Assembly: GCA_025594325.1 (NCBI GenBank)
Contig: JANHCV010000001.1
Coordinates: forward strand, 372,001 to 436,000
Reading direction: 5' to 3'
Origin: Blastocladiella emersonii ATCC 22665
Lineage: Eukaryota; Fungi; Blastocladiomycota
Length of the DNA: 64,000 nt
The position numbers and the translations under genes are program-made. Below the pieces are notes generated by a model, which saw nothing but the letters and a program-made list of their open reading frames with translations, did not search any database and was not told the DNA's origin. Below, piece after piece: positions 35,927 to 46,940 of this stretch (position 1 is its first letter; the number at the start of each line of letters is the position of its first letter).

Positions 35927-38900
35927 ATGGAAACAACCCCTCGGCCTGCGAAGCGGGCTCATGCCTCGCGGTCGAAAGCCGCGTCGGCGGCGGCTCCGGC
36001 ACCTTTGTACCTCATGCCATCGATGCCGCGCGATCCCGTCGACATGAACCGCCCCGAGTATCGTGCTGCGCACTTGCATGCAGAGCGCGTCGCGTGCGGT
36101 TGGTGGTTTCCTGCAGAGCAGGTCGGCGAGCGTGGATTGGCGAGCTTGCCTGACAAGCTTGCGAGCACCGATGCGGTTGCCGCGCGGATCGATAGCACGG
36201 AGACCAAGTTCGACCAGCCCAGGACGCACGATGCTCCTTTCACGTCAAACCGTATGAGAGTGACTGACCGACTGGTTGCAAGGGCTAGACCTGAACCTCG
36301 GGTCCGATCGCTTTGAGTCGGCTCACCGGTTGCCCATGCCCAAGTCGTCCCTTGACGTTGCCATGAGGTGGATCGATCCCAACTTCCCAGTACTCGGCGA
36401 GCTTACCTTCCATCGCGAACCAGTTCTTCGCGTCAGCCGTTCGTTTCGCGGCGACGCCAGCCTGGCTCGCACCGGCCTGGCTGAGACGGAGGTCGTTCTC
36501 TCCCGATTGCCGCGGGGACCTGACTTCGCGGCCTCAGTTGACCTCAACCGCAAGCACACTCTTCGCGACTTTATCCCGGCTCTCGAATCAGATCCGTACT
36601 ACTCCATGCTTCAGCGCGACTGGACCTTCCTGCGCAAGGCCAGCGAATGTCCGGATCATGAACATCTTTGCCATGACTGGCGGTGCCGCATTTGCTCAGT
36701 CTTGCCCCGAGCCCGCGCGTCGCGCGTGTGACAAACAGGCTTCGGCTGCCGGCGTCCCGCCTGGCGCACTCACATTCTCTGCGCCGTGGGCCTCCGAGGC
36801 GGGCAACGTTCTTCTAACTACCACGTGGCAAGACAATTCGCGCTTGGACCATCGAATCGATCCGGAGATGATCCCATACTTGCGATTAGAACTGCTGCCA
36901 CTGCGAGGCGAATCCTATCCGCTGTTTGGCCACACGTTTAACTACCAAGTTCGGGCATTTTCGCGGACGTCTGCTGTCAATCGCGATCTTGCCGACCCGG
37001 CCACGGCTACTCGCGCGCGGCGAGTCGTGCGTCGGATCTTCCACTGCTTCCCGCCGTTCAAAGCTCCTTCGCACCGCGATGAGCGCACTTTGCACGGAGC
37101 TTCCTTTATTGGCCCATTTCGCGCGTTTGCCGCCCCATCGCATCTCCTACCACGACCCGGAGTGGACTGGTCTATACATGGTTTTGGCGTGCGTATCTGG
37201 CTTCATATTCTCGAGTCAAACGTCGACGCTCGGACGTTTACCTTTGTCGACCGCAACCGCAGCGAGCCGTATATCCGCCTTGGTCCACACGGCTTTGTAT
37301 ACAACCTGTTGACGGGTGAATTTGCTTCGACTTGTCCGCCCGCCTGGCTCATCCCTGCCATCGCGCAGCAGGTCGAGACCATGGAAGTACGTAGTGCCAT
37401 CGTCGAGGCCAACGCGGTTACCGAAGACTTGTACGCCGAGCTCCTTGCGCGTCAGCCAGCTGTGGTTGGTGGCGATCCCGCTTCCTCAACTGGATCCGCT
37501 TCCGCCCTTGCCTCGAAGGCCGTGCTTGTCGTTCCCAAGTCAAATACCGATGTCGAGCCCGTGATCAAGGCCACCAAGCGCGAGTTTGGTCCTTCAGCAC
37601 GCATCTTGGCGGTGCGCAACGCTGTCGAGTACCGTGCAGTGACCTGGTCCGCGCTCCTCGAGGCTGACGCCGTGATCGTCTCGCGCGGATTCTTTGGCAG
37701 CCCGCACTACCAGCAGGCCGTTTGCGATACGCTTGGACGCGACTCGTATTGCTTGCCTATTCCGCGTGCTTTCGAGTACTTGTCAAGTGATTTCCCGCTG
37801 ATCGGCGTAGCAGATCGGGACTTTGCTGATGGGCTTCGTGAGCACACCCGACGTGTGGCTTCACTACCTGATTCGGGCGACTCGGTCGTGGACGTGGACG
37901 CCGCTGGGCGAGTGATCTTCGAAGGCGTGCACTATCGCCGCGCCATCCTTGACAGCAAAAAGCCCTTCGCGGTTCGGCGTCGCCTTAGAACCAGCAACGC
38001 GGATCAAGCCAGCGATCCATGGCTCGCGTTGCCCGGCAAGGTCGAGACGGGCGAACTGGATGACCGCGTCTATCACGCACTCCGGGCGAGCTTTACAGTT
38101 GGAATTATCTCCAGCGAGCGTCTTGGCGGGACTTCCTTGCACAGTCACCTCGCGACTATTCTGGACCGCCCACTGCCGGCTGATCCCGAGACCATACACG
38201 CGCGCTCATCGAACAGTTTTACCGCAAGTCTTTGTTTGCGAGTGGCACGAAACCTCAACCCCATCGTCTTGTCGAGGTTTCCGCGCCCGCCCATATCGAC
38301 CCTTACAACTTCGATGGCTCGGCATCCATTCGCGACCAGCTTGATCAGCTTACTTTGCTCCAGGCGCGGCTCCTCGCTGCCGCGATCCCAGCCGGTGTTG
38401 CTAGCGATCCGCAGCCCAGCGCAGCACCTCTTGCGCGCATCGTGGCCTTGCTTTCGCACCGTGCGGACCCTGATTCGCCTACAGCCCGCGTCAAGCTCGA
38501 TTCCCTGCTCCGCGACGTGAGCAAGCCGCCCTCCAACAACTTGTGGGTCTGGTTCGCGTCGCTCCGCATGGACCTGCCCGACCTTGGCGAGGAGTGCCTG
38601 ACGCCCGAGGTTCTGGACCGATTCGATGCGTATTTGCGTATGCTCCCCGGTCGCGCGTTCGAGACATTGCCACGGGGCGGGAGTGCGGCTGCCGCTTTGC
38701 TAGTCAACTTCTTCCGCTGGGCCCAGCGTGTTGCCGAGTGTTACGCGGTGTTTGGTGCCCTGGCGAGCTTGGCGTTCACCCGGCTGCTTCTTTCAATGCG
38801 CCTGCTGCAGCGGTGGCGATGGAGCTCGATGGCGACGCCGACCCCGCTTCCGCTGCTGACGACGTGACTTTTGAGGCCAAGCTTGCGCGCGTCCAGGCCA

Positions 38901-39364
38901 CTTTCGGCCCCAAGCTTCACGCCGTGGTACGCGAGCTCAAGACCGCGACCGAGCGCACGGCGATCTTTTGCCAGTCGCCCGTCCTCGCCGCTCACGTCGC
39001 GTCGGCCATCGCCGCGGGCGGGATTCTCGCGGTCGACGCGGCGTCGCCCGACCCGCGGCTCCGCAACGCGGCCATCAGCATCTTCGAGCGCGAGCTCGAG
39101 ATCAAGGCCATTGTGTGCTCGCTCAACGCCGACGATGGGACCGCGGCCGCTGCGCCGCCGTACCGTGGCCAGCTCCCGTCGGCCAAGAACGTGTTCTTTG
39201 TCCATCCGCTCATAGCTGAGTCCGACAAGGACGGGCAGGTGCTGATTGAACGCGCGCTTGGGCTCTGCGGCTACGACTCGCCCGTGACCTGGTTCGTGGC
39301 CACGGACACGGTCGAGGAGGAGCTGATGCGGCCGATCGCCGCCAAGTACATTGACTTGGGGTGA
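35927..39364 (+). pseudogene. SNF2-like pseudo-ATPase, cluster member B; three frameshifts and a mutated splice donor
   Basis: Colinear with A and C. The donor position 36222 reads GGACGC instead of GTACGC. Frame changes near 36650 (+1), 38198 (-1) and 38760 (-1) are needed to follow the paralog alignment. Confidence 0.8.
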
Positions 39365-39540
39365 TTGCGCGTGTCATTGATTGTTGCTTTGTTTCGTTCA
39401 CATATTTGTATTTGCGCCTTCCGCTTTCTCCTTTGACGCGCGAAGGGAGGTGTCGGGCTTGAGCTCGCCTAAGGAGTGGAGAAGTCGCTGGTCGAGTGTG
39501 GCGAATCCGCCCTCTCTCTTCGACCGCCTCCTCCACTCCC

Positions 39541-39581
39541 ATGAAAACGCACTGAAACGAATGAATACTACATGCAAATAG
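39541..39581 (+). promoter_or_regulatory. pair of upstream micro-ORFs (MKTH*, MNTTCK*) before member C
   Basis: ATG AAA ACG CAC TGA (39541-39555) and ATG AAT ACT ACA TGC AAA TAG (39561-39581); main ATG at 39591. Confidence 0.45.
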
Positions 39582-39590
39582 ACCAGCACC

Positions 39591-42500
39591 ATGTCATCAA
39601 ACCCTAGACCTACGAAGCGAGCTCGCGCCTCGCGGTCGAAATCCGCGGTCCCTGCTCAGGCGCCGCCCTTTGTGCCGCTTGCGATTGACGCGCCGCCGCC
39701 GCGCCCCGCCATCGACGTGACCAGTCCCGAGTATCATGCTTCACGCTTGCACGCCGAGCGCGCCGCGTGTGCTTGGTGGCTTACTGCGAACCAGCTTGGC
39801 GAGCGAGCGGTGTACAGCTTGCCCGACGAGCTTGCGGCCATTGATACGGTCACCGAGTGGATGAACAGCAACGAGACGAAGTTTGATCAGCCAGGTATGC
39901 CCAACGGTCCCTTACGTTTGCGACATCTACTAACCGATTGATTTCGAGATGTAGATTTGTAACTCGGTTATAATCAGTTTCACTCGTCCCACCGGGTTCC
40001 CATGCCCGAAATATCGCTTGATTCCACCATGAAGTGGGTCGATTCCGCATGTCCCGCGCTTGGTGAGCTTACATTCCACCGCGAGCCGATCCTCCGCGTG
40101 AGCCGTCCTTGGACTGGAGTCCTCAACCTGTATGGGCAGGGCAAAAAATCGGAGACCGTCTTCTACCGGCTGCAGCAGGAGCCGGACCTCGCTGCTCCGC
40201 TTGACTACACGCGCAAGTACACGCACCGAGACTTCACTGATGTGCTCGCTGCCGATCCTTACTACAACGAGCGCCAACGGTCCAGTGCGTCGATTATGAA
40301 CATCTTCACGCTCGCCGCCGACGCCGTGTTTGCCGAGTCTTGCCTCGAGCCTGCACGTCGCGTGTGGGACATTCAACTTTCTGCCGCCGGAATCCCGCCT
40401 GGCTCACCACGCTTCTCGGCGCCCTGGACATCAAAATCCGGCCAAGTTCTCATGCCGGCACACGCCCGCAGCGAATCGCGTTTGCACGATCGGCTCGACC
40501 CCAGGATGGTCCCGTACCTGCGCTTGGAATTGCGGCCTATGCACGGGCAGGCCTACCCTTTGTTCGGCCACACCTACTGCTACCAGGTATGGGTCTTCCT
40601 GCGCACGTCCGCCGTCAATCGCGACCTCGCAAATCCGGAAACGACAGCCCAGGCGCAGCGCGCTGTTCGCCAGATCCTTCACGCCTTTCCGGTGGCCAAA
40701 CTTCAGACGTATGTCTCCAGCAGTGTGACGAAGCAAGCTAGCTTCGCCGGCTCTTTACGCGCATTTGGCGCTCCTTTGCTTCCATCGCTGGAACCTGCAG
40801 CGGATCCGTCGCGGCACGGCGCTGGCGTGCGCACCTGGCTCCACCATCTCGAGTCCAACCTCCAGGCGCGCATGTTCACGGCTGTGGATCGGATTCGCCG
40901 CGAGCCGTACTTCCGCCTTGGCCCTCACGGATTCGTCCACAACTTTCTCACAGGCGACTTTGCTCCTACTTGCCCGCCCGAATGGATTCTTCCCGCGATC
41001 ACGCAGCCCTTTGAGACCATGGAGATTCGCGGCGCCTTTGTGCAGTCGGATGATCGCTCCGAGGACTTGTACGCCGAGCTTTTGGCGCATTCGCCGGTCT
41101 CGATCAACGGCGACGGTTCCAACGAAGCTCTCGTCTCGACCGCCGTGTTTGTGGTCACCAGGTCGAACGACGAGGTCGAGCTTGTGGTTCAGGCCGCGAA
41201 GCGCGAGTTTGGTCCTGCAGCTCGCGTCCTGGCGGTGCGCAACGCGGTCGAGTACCGCGCGGCCACTTGGGCCGCGCTGGTCAAGGCCGACGTGGTTATC
41301 GTCTCGCGCGGATTCTTGGCGAGCGCGCATTACCGGCAGGCTGTCTGCGGCGAGCTTGGCTTCGACACGTATTGCTTGCCTATTCCTCGCGCTTTCGAGA
41401 GCAGTCCGCACAGCTTCCCGCAGCTGCGCGAGGACGACTTTGATTTTGCGCAGTGCCTCCGCGAGCATACGCGGCGCGTGTCCAGCTTACTTGTTTCGGG
41501 CGACGAACCTGCTGGGCGCGTTATCTTCGAGGGCACGTACTACCGCAAGGCGATTCTTGATGACTTTGAGCAGAGGTTGCCAGACGCATTCGAGCACGAG
41601 AAACGGACAGACCAATGGCTGACTTTGGGCGACGGATCCGAGATTGGTTACCCGGACTCGCGCGTGTACCGGGGGATTCGCTCGAACTTCACAATCGGGC
41701 TCATTGACGACGGGTGCGATTATTCGCCGCACGAACACCTCCCGATAGTGCTGGACTGCGTCCCACCGACCAGTCCCGAGGACACGAGCGCAATGGTTCA
41801 GCAATTCTTTCGTGATGTGCCACCGCTTGCAGCCCGGCCTCGGCCGCACCGCCTTGTCGAGGTCTCGGCGCCTGTTCACGTCGACGCGCTCTCATTTGAT
41901 GGATCCGCGTCGCTTCGCGAACGACTCGACCAGCTCACTTTGCTTCAGACACCGCTTCTTGTCGCGACTTTGACCACCGCAGTCGCTGACCCGCAGCCCA
42001 CCACTGCATCGCTTGCACGGGTCGCGGCGCTCGTTTCTCACCACCGACTCGCCGCCCACCTCGATACTCCCGCCGGTGACGTGACGTTTGATTCGGAGCT
42101 CTACCAGGGGAGCAAGCTCCACGTCACCGAGCCGTGGATCTGGTTCGCGTCGCTTGACCTGGACGTGGACCTGCTTGGCTTTAGCGTGGAGCACATGCAC
42201 CCCACGGCGCTCAGCAACGCGAGCACGCAGCTCCGCACCGTCCCGGGCCACGGACTCGAACATACGCACCCGGACGGCGTCCATTTTCTTTCCCTGCTGC
42301 TTACCTTCTTCCGGTGGGCGCAGGCCGTGACCGAGTTCTACACGGCGCTCGATCCCGCGGGCGAGCTGGACATCCAATTCCCTGCTTCGCGTGCCAGCCG
42401 CGCGGGATCCGCGGTTGATTACACGGTCGAGTTCGCACGCGTCAAGGCTTCCTTTGGCCCAAAACTCCACGCTGTGGTCCGCGAGCTCAAGGCCGCGGCC

Positions 42501-42914
42501 GGGCGCACGGCCATCTTCTGCCAGTCGCCGGTCCTCGCCGCTTACGTCGCGTCGGCCATCGCCGCGGGCGGGATTCTCGCGGTCGACGCGGCGTCGCCCG
42601 ATGCGCGCCTGCGTAGCGCGGCTATCAGCATCTTCGAGCGCGAGCTCGAGATCAAGGCCGTCGTGTGCTCGCTCAACGGCGAGGATGGGACCGCGGCGAC
42701 CGCGCCGCCGCATCGTGGCCAGCTTGCGTCGGCTAAGAACGTGTTTTTCGTCCATCCGCTGGTTGCCGAATCCGACGAGGACGCGCAGGAGCTGATTCAG
42801 CGCGCACTCGCGGTCTGCAGCTACGACTCGCCCGTGACGTGGTTCGTGGCCAAGGACACGGTCGAAAAGGAGCTGATGCGGCCGATCGCGGCCAAGTACG
42901 TCCATCTGGACTAA
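39591..42914 (+). pseudogene. SNF2-like pseudo-ATPase, cluster member C; in-frame TAA just after intron 1, then an intact 970-aa ORF
   Basis: Exon 1 39591-39894; intron 39895-39954 (GTATGC, CTAAC, GTAG). Exon 2 reads (G)AT TTG TAA CTC, with TAA at 39960-39962, in frame with ORF 40002..42914. Confidence 0.7.
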
Positions 42915-43259
42915 GATTTGTTTTTGAATGTATTTATCATGTTCGTTCGTTTGAATTCTCCCGCCTCGCACGGATCCGTGCTGAGGGCGGGCCAGGGAGT
43001 GTGGCCGCGGTGCACTGCTGCTCATGGCCACCATAACTGAACGCGTCGCGGGGCACGTCGGCCCTGTCGCGTTAGCGAGCTCGATGCTCGTGGGCGCGGC
43101 GGGCTAAACTCGCCAACTTGGCCGAGACACATTTAGTCTCCCTTGAAATTTGAGATTCAAGACATCGCAGAGTGGATGAAGCCAAGGCGACGATGCTATA
43201 TGTTACATGATCCACACAAAACCGGAACGATCAAACGACGGTCGACGACGACGAGCGCC

Positions 43260-44921
43260 TTACAGCTCAGAGTGAGCCGAGCCGTTCTCCTCGTCGGCAG
43301 CGTCCTTGGCCTCGGTCGCATCCTCCTCGGTGGCGGGGACCTCGAACTCGTTGCTACAGGTGGGCGAAAGGTGAGTGGTAGGTCCGACACGAAGTCTGCC
43401 AAAGTAAAGTTAACGTACGCAGCGTTCTTCTGGAGGAACTTGAGCAGGTCCTCGTACGAGCGGTCGCCGTTGTACTCGACGATGGTGTTGTCCTTGGCCT
43501 TGAAGAGCTTGAGGGTGGGGAAGCCCTCGATGCGGGTACCGGCGGCGGGGGGCACGTCGTTCTCGGTCGCGTCCATCTTGGCGATCACGATCTTGTCCTT
43601 GGACTCGGCGAGGGCCTCGCCGATCTTGTTGTAGGTGGGCTCGAGCTTGCGGCAGTGGCCGCACCAGGGCGCGTAGAACTCGACGAGCACGTCCTTGTCC
43701 GTGTCGAGGACAATGTCCTTGAAGTTCTTGCCGACGAGGACGGTCACGGGCCCGTTGTTGTCCTTGGGGATGGCGGCCGACTTGAGCGAGGGCTCCACCT
43801 CCTTGGCGAGGTACTTGGTGACGAGGTCGCGGACGGCGGCGCCCGTGAGGGGCTTGGTCTGGTCGAGGGGCCACTTGAGGCCGGCCTCGACCTCGTTGAT
43901 GGCGAAGGCGGGCCACTCCTGCTTGAGGTTGAGCGTGTCGGCGTGGCCGCCAAAGTTGTTGGCGTTGCAGTAGACAAAGTTGATCTTGCCCTTGACGTCG
44001 CGGGCCACGGCCTCGATCTGCGGGCCGAGCGTCTTGCGGTCCTCGGCGTTGTCGTAGAAGAAGAAGGCGAGCGGCAGGCCCGACTCGACGTACGACATGT
44101 AGTTGTCGGGGGCCACCTCGTCCATGGTGGGCACGGCCTCGCGCTTGATGAAGGCGGTGAGCTCGTCGGCGTCGAAGACGCCCTTGAACTCGGCCGTGGG
44201 CTCGTCAAACGAGCGGTACATGACGAGCGCGGGCGCGGCCTTGACGCCGAGCTCGGCGGCGGCGGCCTTGTCGGTGGAGATGCCGAACACGTAGTCGTCG
44301 CGCATCTGGTTGGCGAGCTTGGCGACCACCTCGTACTCGGGCGCGTCCTTGGACGCGACGTGGGCGATGATCACGACCTTGTCCTTCTTGGCAAAGGCGG
44401 GGATGTCCTTGGCGGCGAGGACCGAGAGCGACGGCAGGGCCTGCTTGCGCATGTAGGTGACGATGTTGTCCTCCTTGCGGCCGCCGGCGTAGTTGGCGGG
44501 CTCGCCGTTGCGGAACACCTTCATGGTCGGGTACCCCTGCACGTCGAACTTGTTGCACACGTCGGCGTGCGCCGTGCAGTCGACCTTGGCGAGCTTGATG
44601 TCGTCGGCCTTGAGCGCGGTGGCGGCCTTCTCGTACTCGGGCGCGAGGGCCTTGCAGTGGCCGCACCAGGGGGCTGCATTGCGGGCGGGCGAGTGTGGTG
44701 GGTCAGTCGCGGTCGGGGTGCACACGCGGCGCAGCACACGCACCGTAGAACTCGACCAGCATGAGCGGCTCGGGCTTGACCGTGGTGTCAAAGTTGGCCG
44801 TGGTGAGCGTGAGCACGTCCGAGATCTCGTCGGCGGCGGAGGCGGCGTCGGCGCGGGCGCCCGAGACGGCGGCGGCGGCCAGCACCGTGCCGATCGCGGC
44901 AATAAAGTGGGTGATCTTCAT
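43260..44921 (-). CDS. PDI1: protein disulfide isomerase, exons 44921-44744, 44673-43419, 43353-43260
   Basis: Signal peptide; two FYAPWCGHC active sites; a-b-b'-a' layout; acidic tail ending HSEL. Introns 44743-44674 and 43418-43354 are canonical. Confidence 0.97.
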
Positions 44922-45309
44922 GGTCGGCGAGGAGTCGATCCGTGTTGGGGCGAGAGAGAGGACCGCGGGCGGGTTCTTCTTTGAGGTTGGAGGGCGCCCG
45001 CCGTTTCCCACGGAGGCGACGCCAGGTCGCGTGCGGCGGAACGGGCGCCGCGAAAAGCCAAAACGCGGCGCGTCGCCCCCTTTGACGTGTCAGCGATCCG
45101 CGGTCAGGTGCGCCCACGCGCCGGTTTCGCGTCACCTGACCCGAACGCGAGACGCGTTTGTCTCGCACCGCCCGGCCGCGCTCGCTCGCGTTTTCAACCG
45201 CCACTGCGATCCGATCGCGACCAGTTCCGTCGCGCTACTCCGTGATCGCCCCCTGTCTATCCACGCTCATCGCAAATGCATACCACGCGCCGCCGCCGCC
45301 GTCGCCACC

Positions 45310-46776
45310 ATGGACGCGGCTCCTGAATCCTACCCCCTGCCCGACGATGCCGATGATGACCTGGACGCGGATCTGACGGGTTCTTCCGCCGCAACGGAGG
45401 ACCGGTCGGCACCCACCCCGCCGCCGCCCGCGGGCCATGAAGCGGGCCGTGCACCCAAACTCCCGCCGCACCTCCGCGGCGCCGCGGGCGGGCTCGAAAC
45501 GATCCCCGACACCGGGTCTCAGGGCGCGCTCGAGTCGTCTCCTCAAGCACCGTCCGATCCCGCTGATCCGCAGAAGGATGCCGCCGGGTCCATCACGTCG
45601 TCTGCGCCGCAACTCGCGAGCGAGCCGGCCGCCGCCGCGGACACGCTCAAAGTCCGGACCGCCGCGAGCCCCGAGCCGCCGCTGACGGGTGACCCGTCCG
45701 TAGCCCGCGCCGCGCCACCCCGCTCGCCCTCCGCGCGGCGCCGCGCCGGGTCCCCATCACCCGCGCCACCCACGGTCCCGCGGCACCGGTTCGACGTCGT
45801 AACATCCCCCTCCTCGCACTCAGCTCGCGCGCGCCGCGCCAGCGCCGCGGCCCGACGCCAAGCGTACCTGCCCGGCCTCGGCTTCTCCGGCGTCGGCGTC
45901 GCGGGCGGGATGCACGGCGAGCTGCACCAGGCGAAGCCGTACTTTGACCCCCCACCGCTCGGTCCGGGCTCGTACACGCTGCCCTCGCCGACCCCGCGCA
46001 CGAACGCCGGCGCCCTCGCGTTTCGCTCGCACACGGCACGGCTGCCACGGCCGCGCGAGTCGACGCCCGCGCACCTCGGGCCCGGCGCGTACACGCCGCC
46101 GACGGCCGCGGGCGCTGCGTCGGGGACCGCGGCGGCGGTTGTGGTGGGTGGGGATTCTCCCGTGGTCTCGGCGGCCGTCGCGAACGCGAGTACGTGGATC
46201 CGCCGCGTCCACGTGCGCATGGGCCGCGCGCTCGTCCCCGCGGGTGCCGCCCCGGTGCCCCGCCCGCAGACGGTGCCGGACGCGCTCGGGGCGGCGGGGG
46301 AGGCGAGGCCGAGAACGCGGCGGCGGTCGTCCGAGGGCGCGGCGGTCCCCGCGATCGCGGCCGCGATGCTCGCGCCGGTCCCCGAGGCACCGCACAGGGT
46401 GCCGGCCGGCCGGTTGCCCGCGGTCCGTGTCAAGCAGCAGCCCGCGCAGCCGCCGGCGAGCTGTGCGAGGACCGCTGACGGGCGGCCAGTGTACGCGGCC
46501 GCGTTCATAACCGAGGCCTCAACGCGCGTGGTCGCGGTCGCCAAGACGTCGTCGTCAAGCCGACGTGGGTCCGTCTACGCGCCGCGGATCAGTATTCTCG
46601 GCGGCGGCGGGTCGAGTGGGCCGCCGTCGCCGCAGCGATCCGTTGGACTCCCGCAGCTCGTCGTCATTGACACGGATCAGTCGCCGTCTGATGGTGGAGG
46701 CGGCGGGAAGAGCGCGATGCGCGGCACCGCAGGGAAGCGGCAGAGTGTGCCCATGACTGTCGGGTGGCGAGAATAG
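45310..46776 (+). CDS. Pro/Ala/Ser-rich protein with two STPG/ODF3 (SHIPPO)-like PGPGxY repeats
   Basis: ATG in context GCCACCATG at 45310; motifs PPPLGPGSYTLPS...AFRSHTAR and HLGPGAYTPP. Confidence 0.6.
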   Translation: MDAAPESYPLPDDADDDLDADLTGSSAATEDRSAPTPPPPAGHEAGRAPKLPPHLRGAAGGLETIPDTGSQGALESSPQAPSDPADPQKDAAGSITSSAPQLASEPAAAADTLKVRTAASPEPPLTGDPSVARAAPPRSPSARRRAGSPSPAPPTVPRHRFDVVTSPSSHSARARRASAAARRQAYLPGLGFSGVGVAGGMHGELHQAKPYFDPPPLGPGSYTLPSPTPRTNAGALAFRSHTARLPRPRESTPAHLGPGAYTPPTAAGAASGTAAAVVVGGDSPVVSAAVANASTWIRRVHVRMGRALVPAGAAPVPRPQTVPDALGAAGEARPRTRRRSSEGAAVPAIAAAMLAPVPEAPHRVPAGRLPAVRVKQQPAQPPASCARTADGRPVYAAAFITEASTRVVAVAKTSSSSRRGSVYAPRISILGGGGSSGPPSPQRSVGLPQLVVIDTDQSPSDGGGGGKSAMRGTAGKRQSVPMTVGWRE

Positions 46777-46940
46777 AGGTAGGTCATCAGGGTGTATTAG
46801 GGAGACTAGTGCTGAGAGTGCGTGGCTACGGGTTCCGTGATATCGTGTAAAGGACAAGGGTCTACCAAATCGGATGGCCGAAGCCAGTTTCTCTCGTCTC
46901 GGAGGGACTCGCGACGCGCAGTGCGCCCCAGAGTATCCGC

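Noticed and set aside
5314-39962. In-frame stops (TGA 5314, TAA 39960) as evidence of a reassigned genetic code
   Set aside because: Well-identified genes here end normally at TAA (protease, PDI1), TGA (PIK1, LTV1, nuclease) and TAG (P450), and the affected genes or their neighbours also carry frameshifts.
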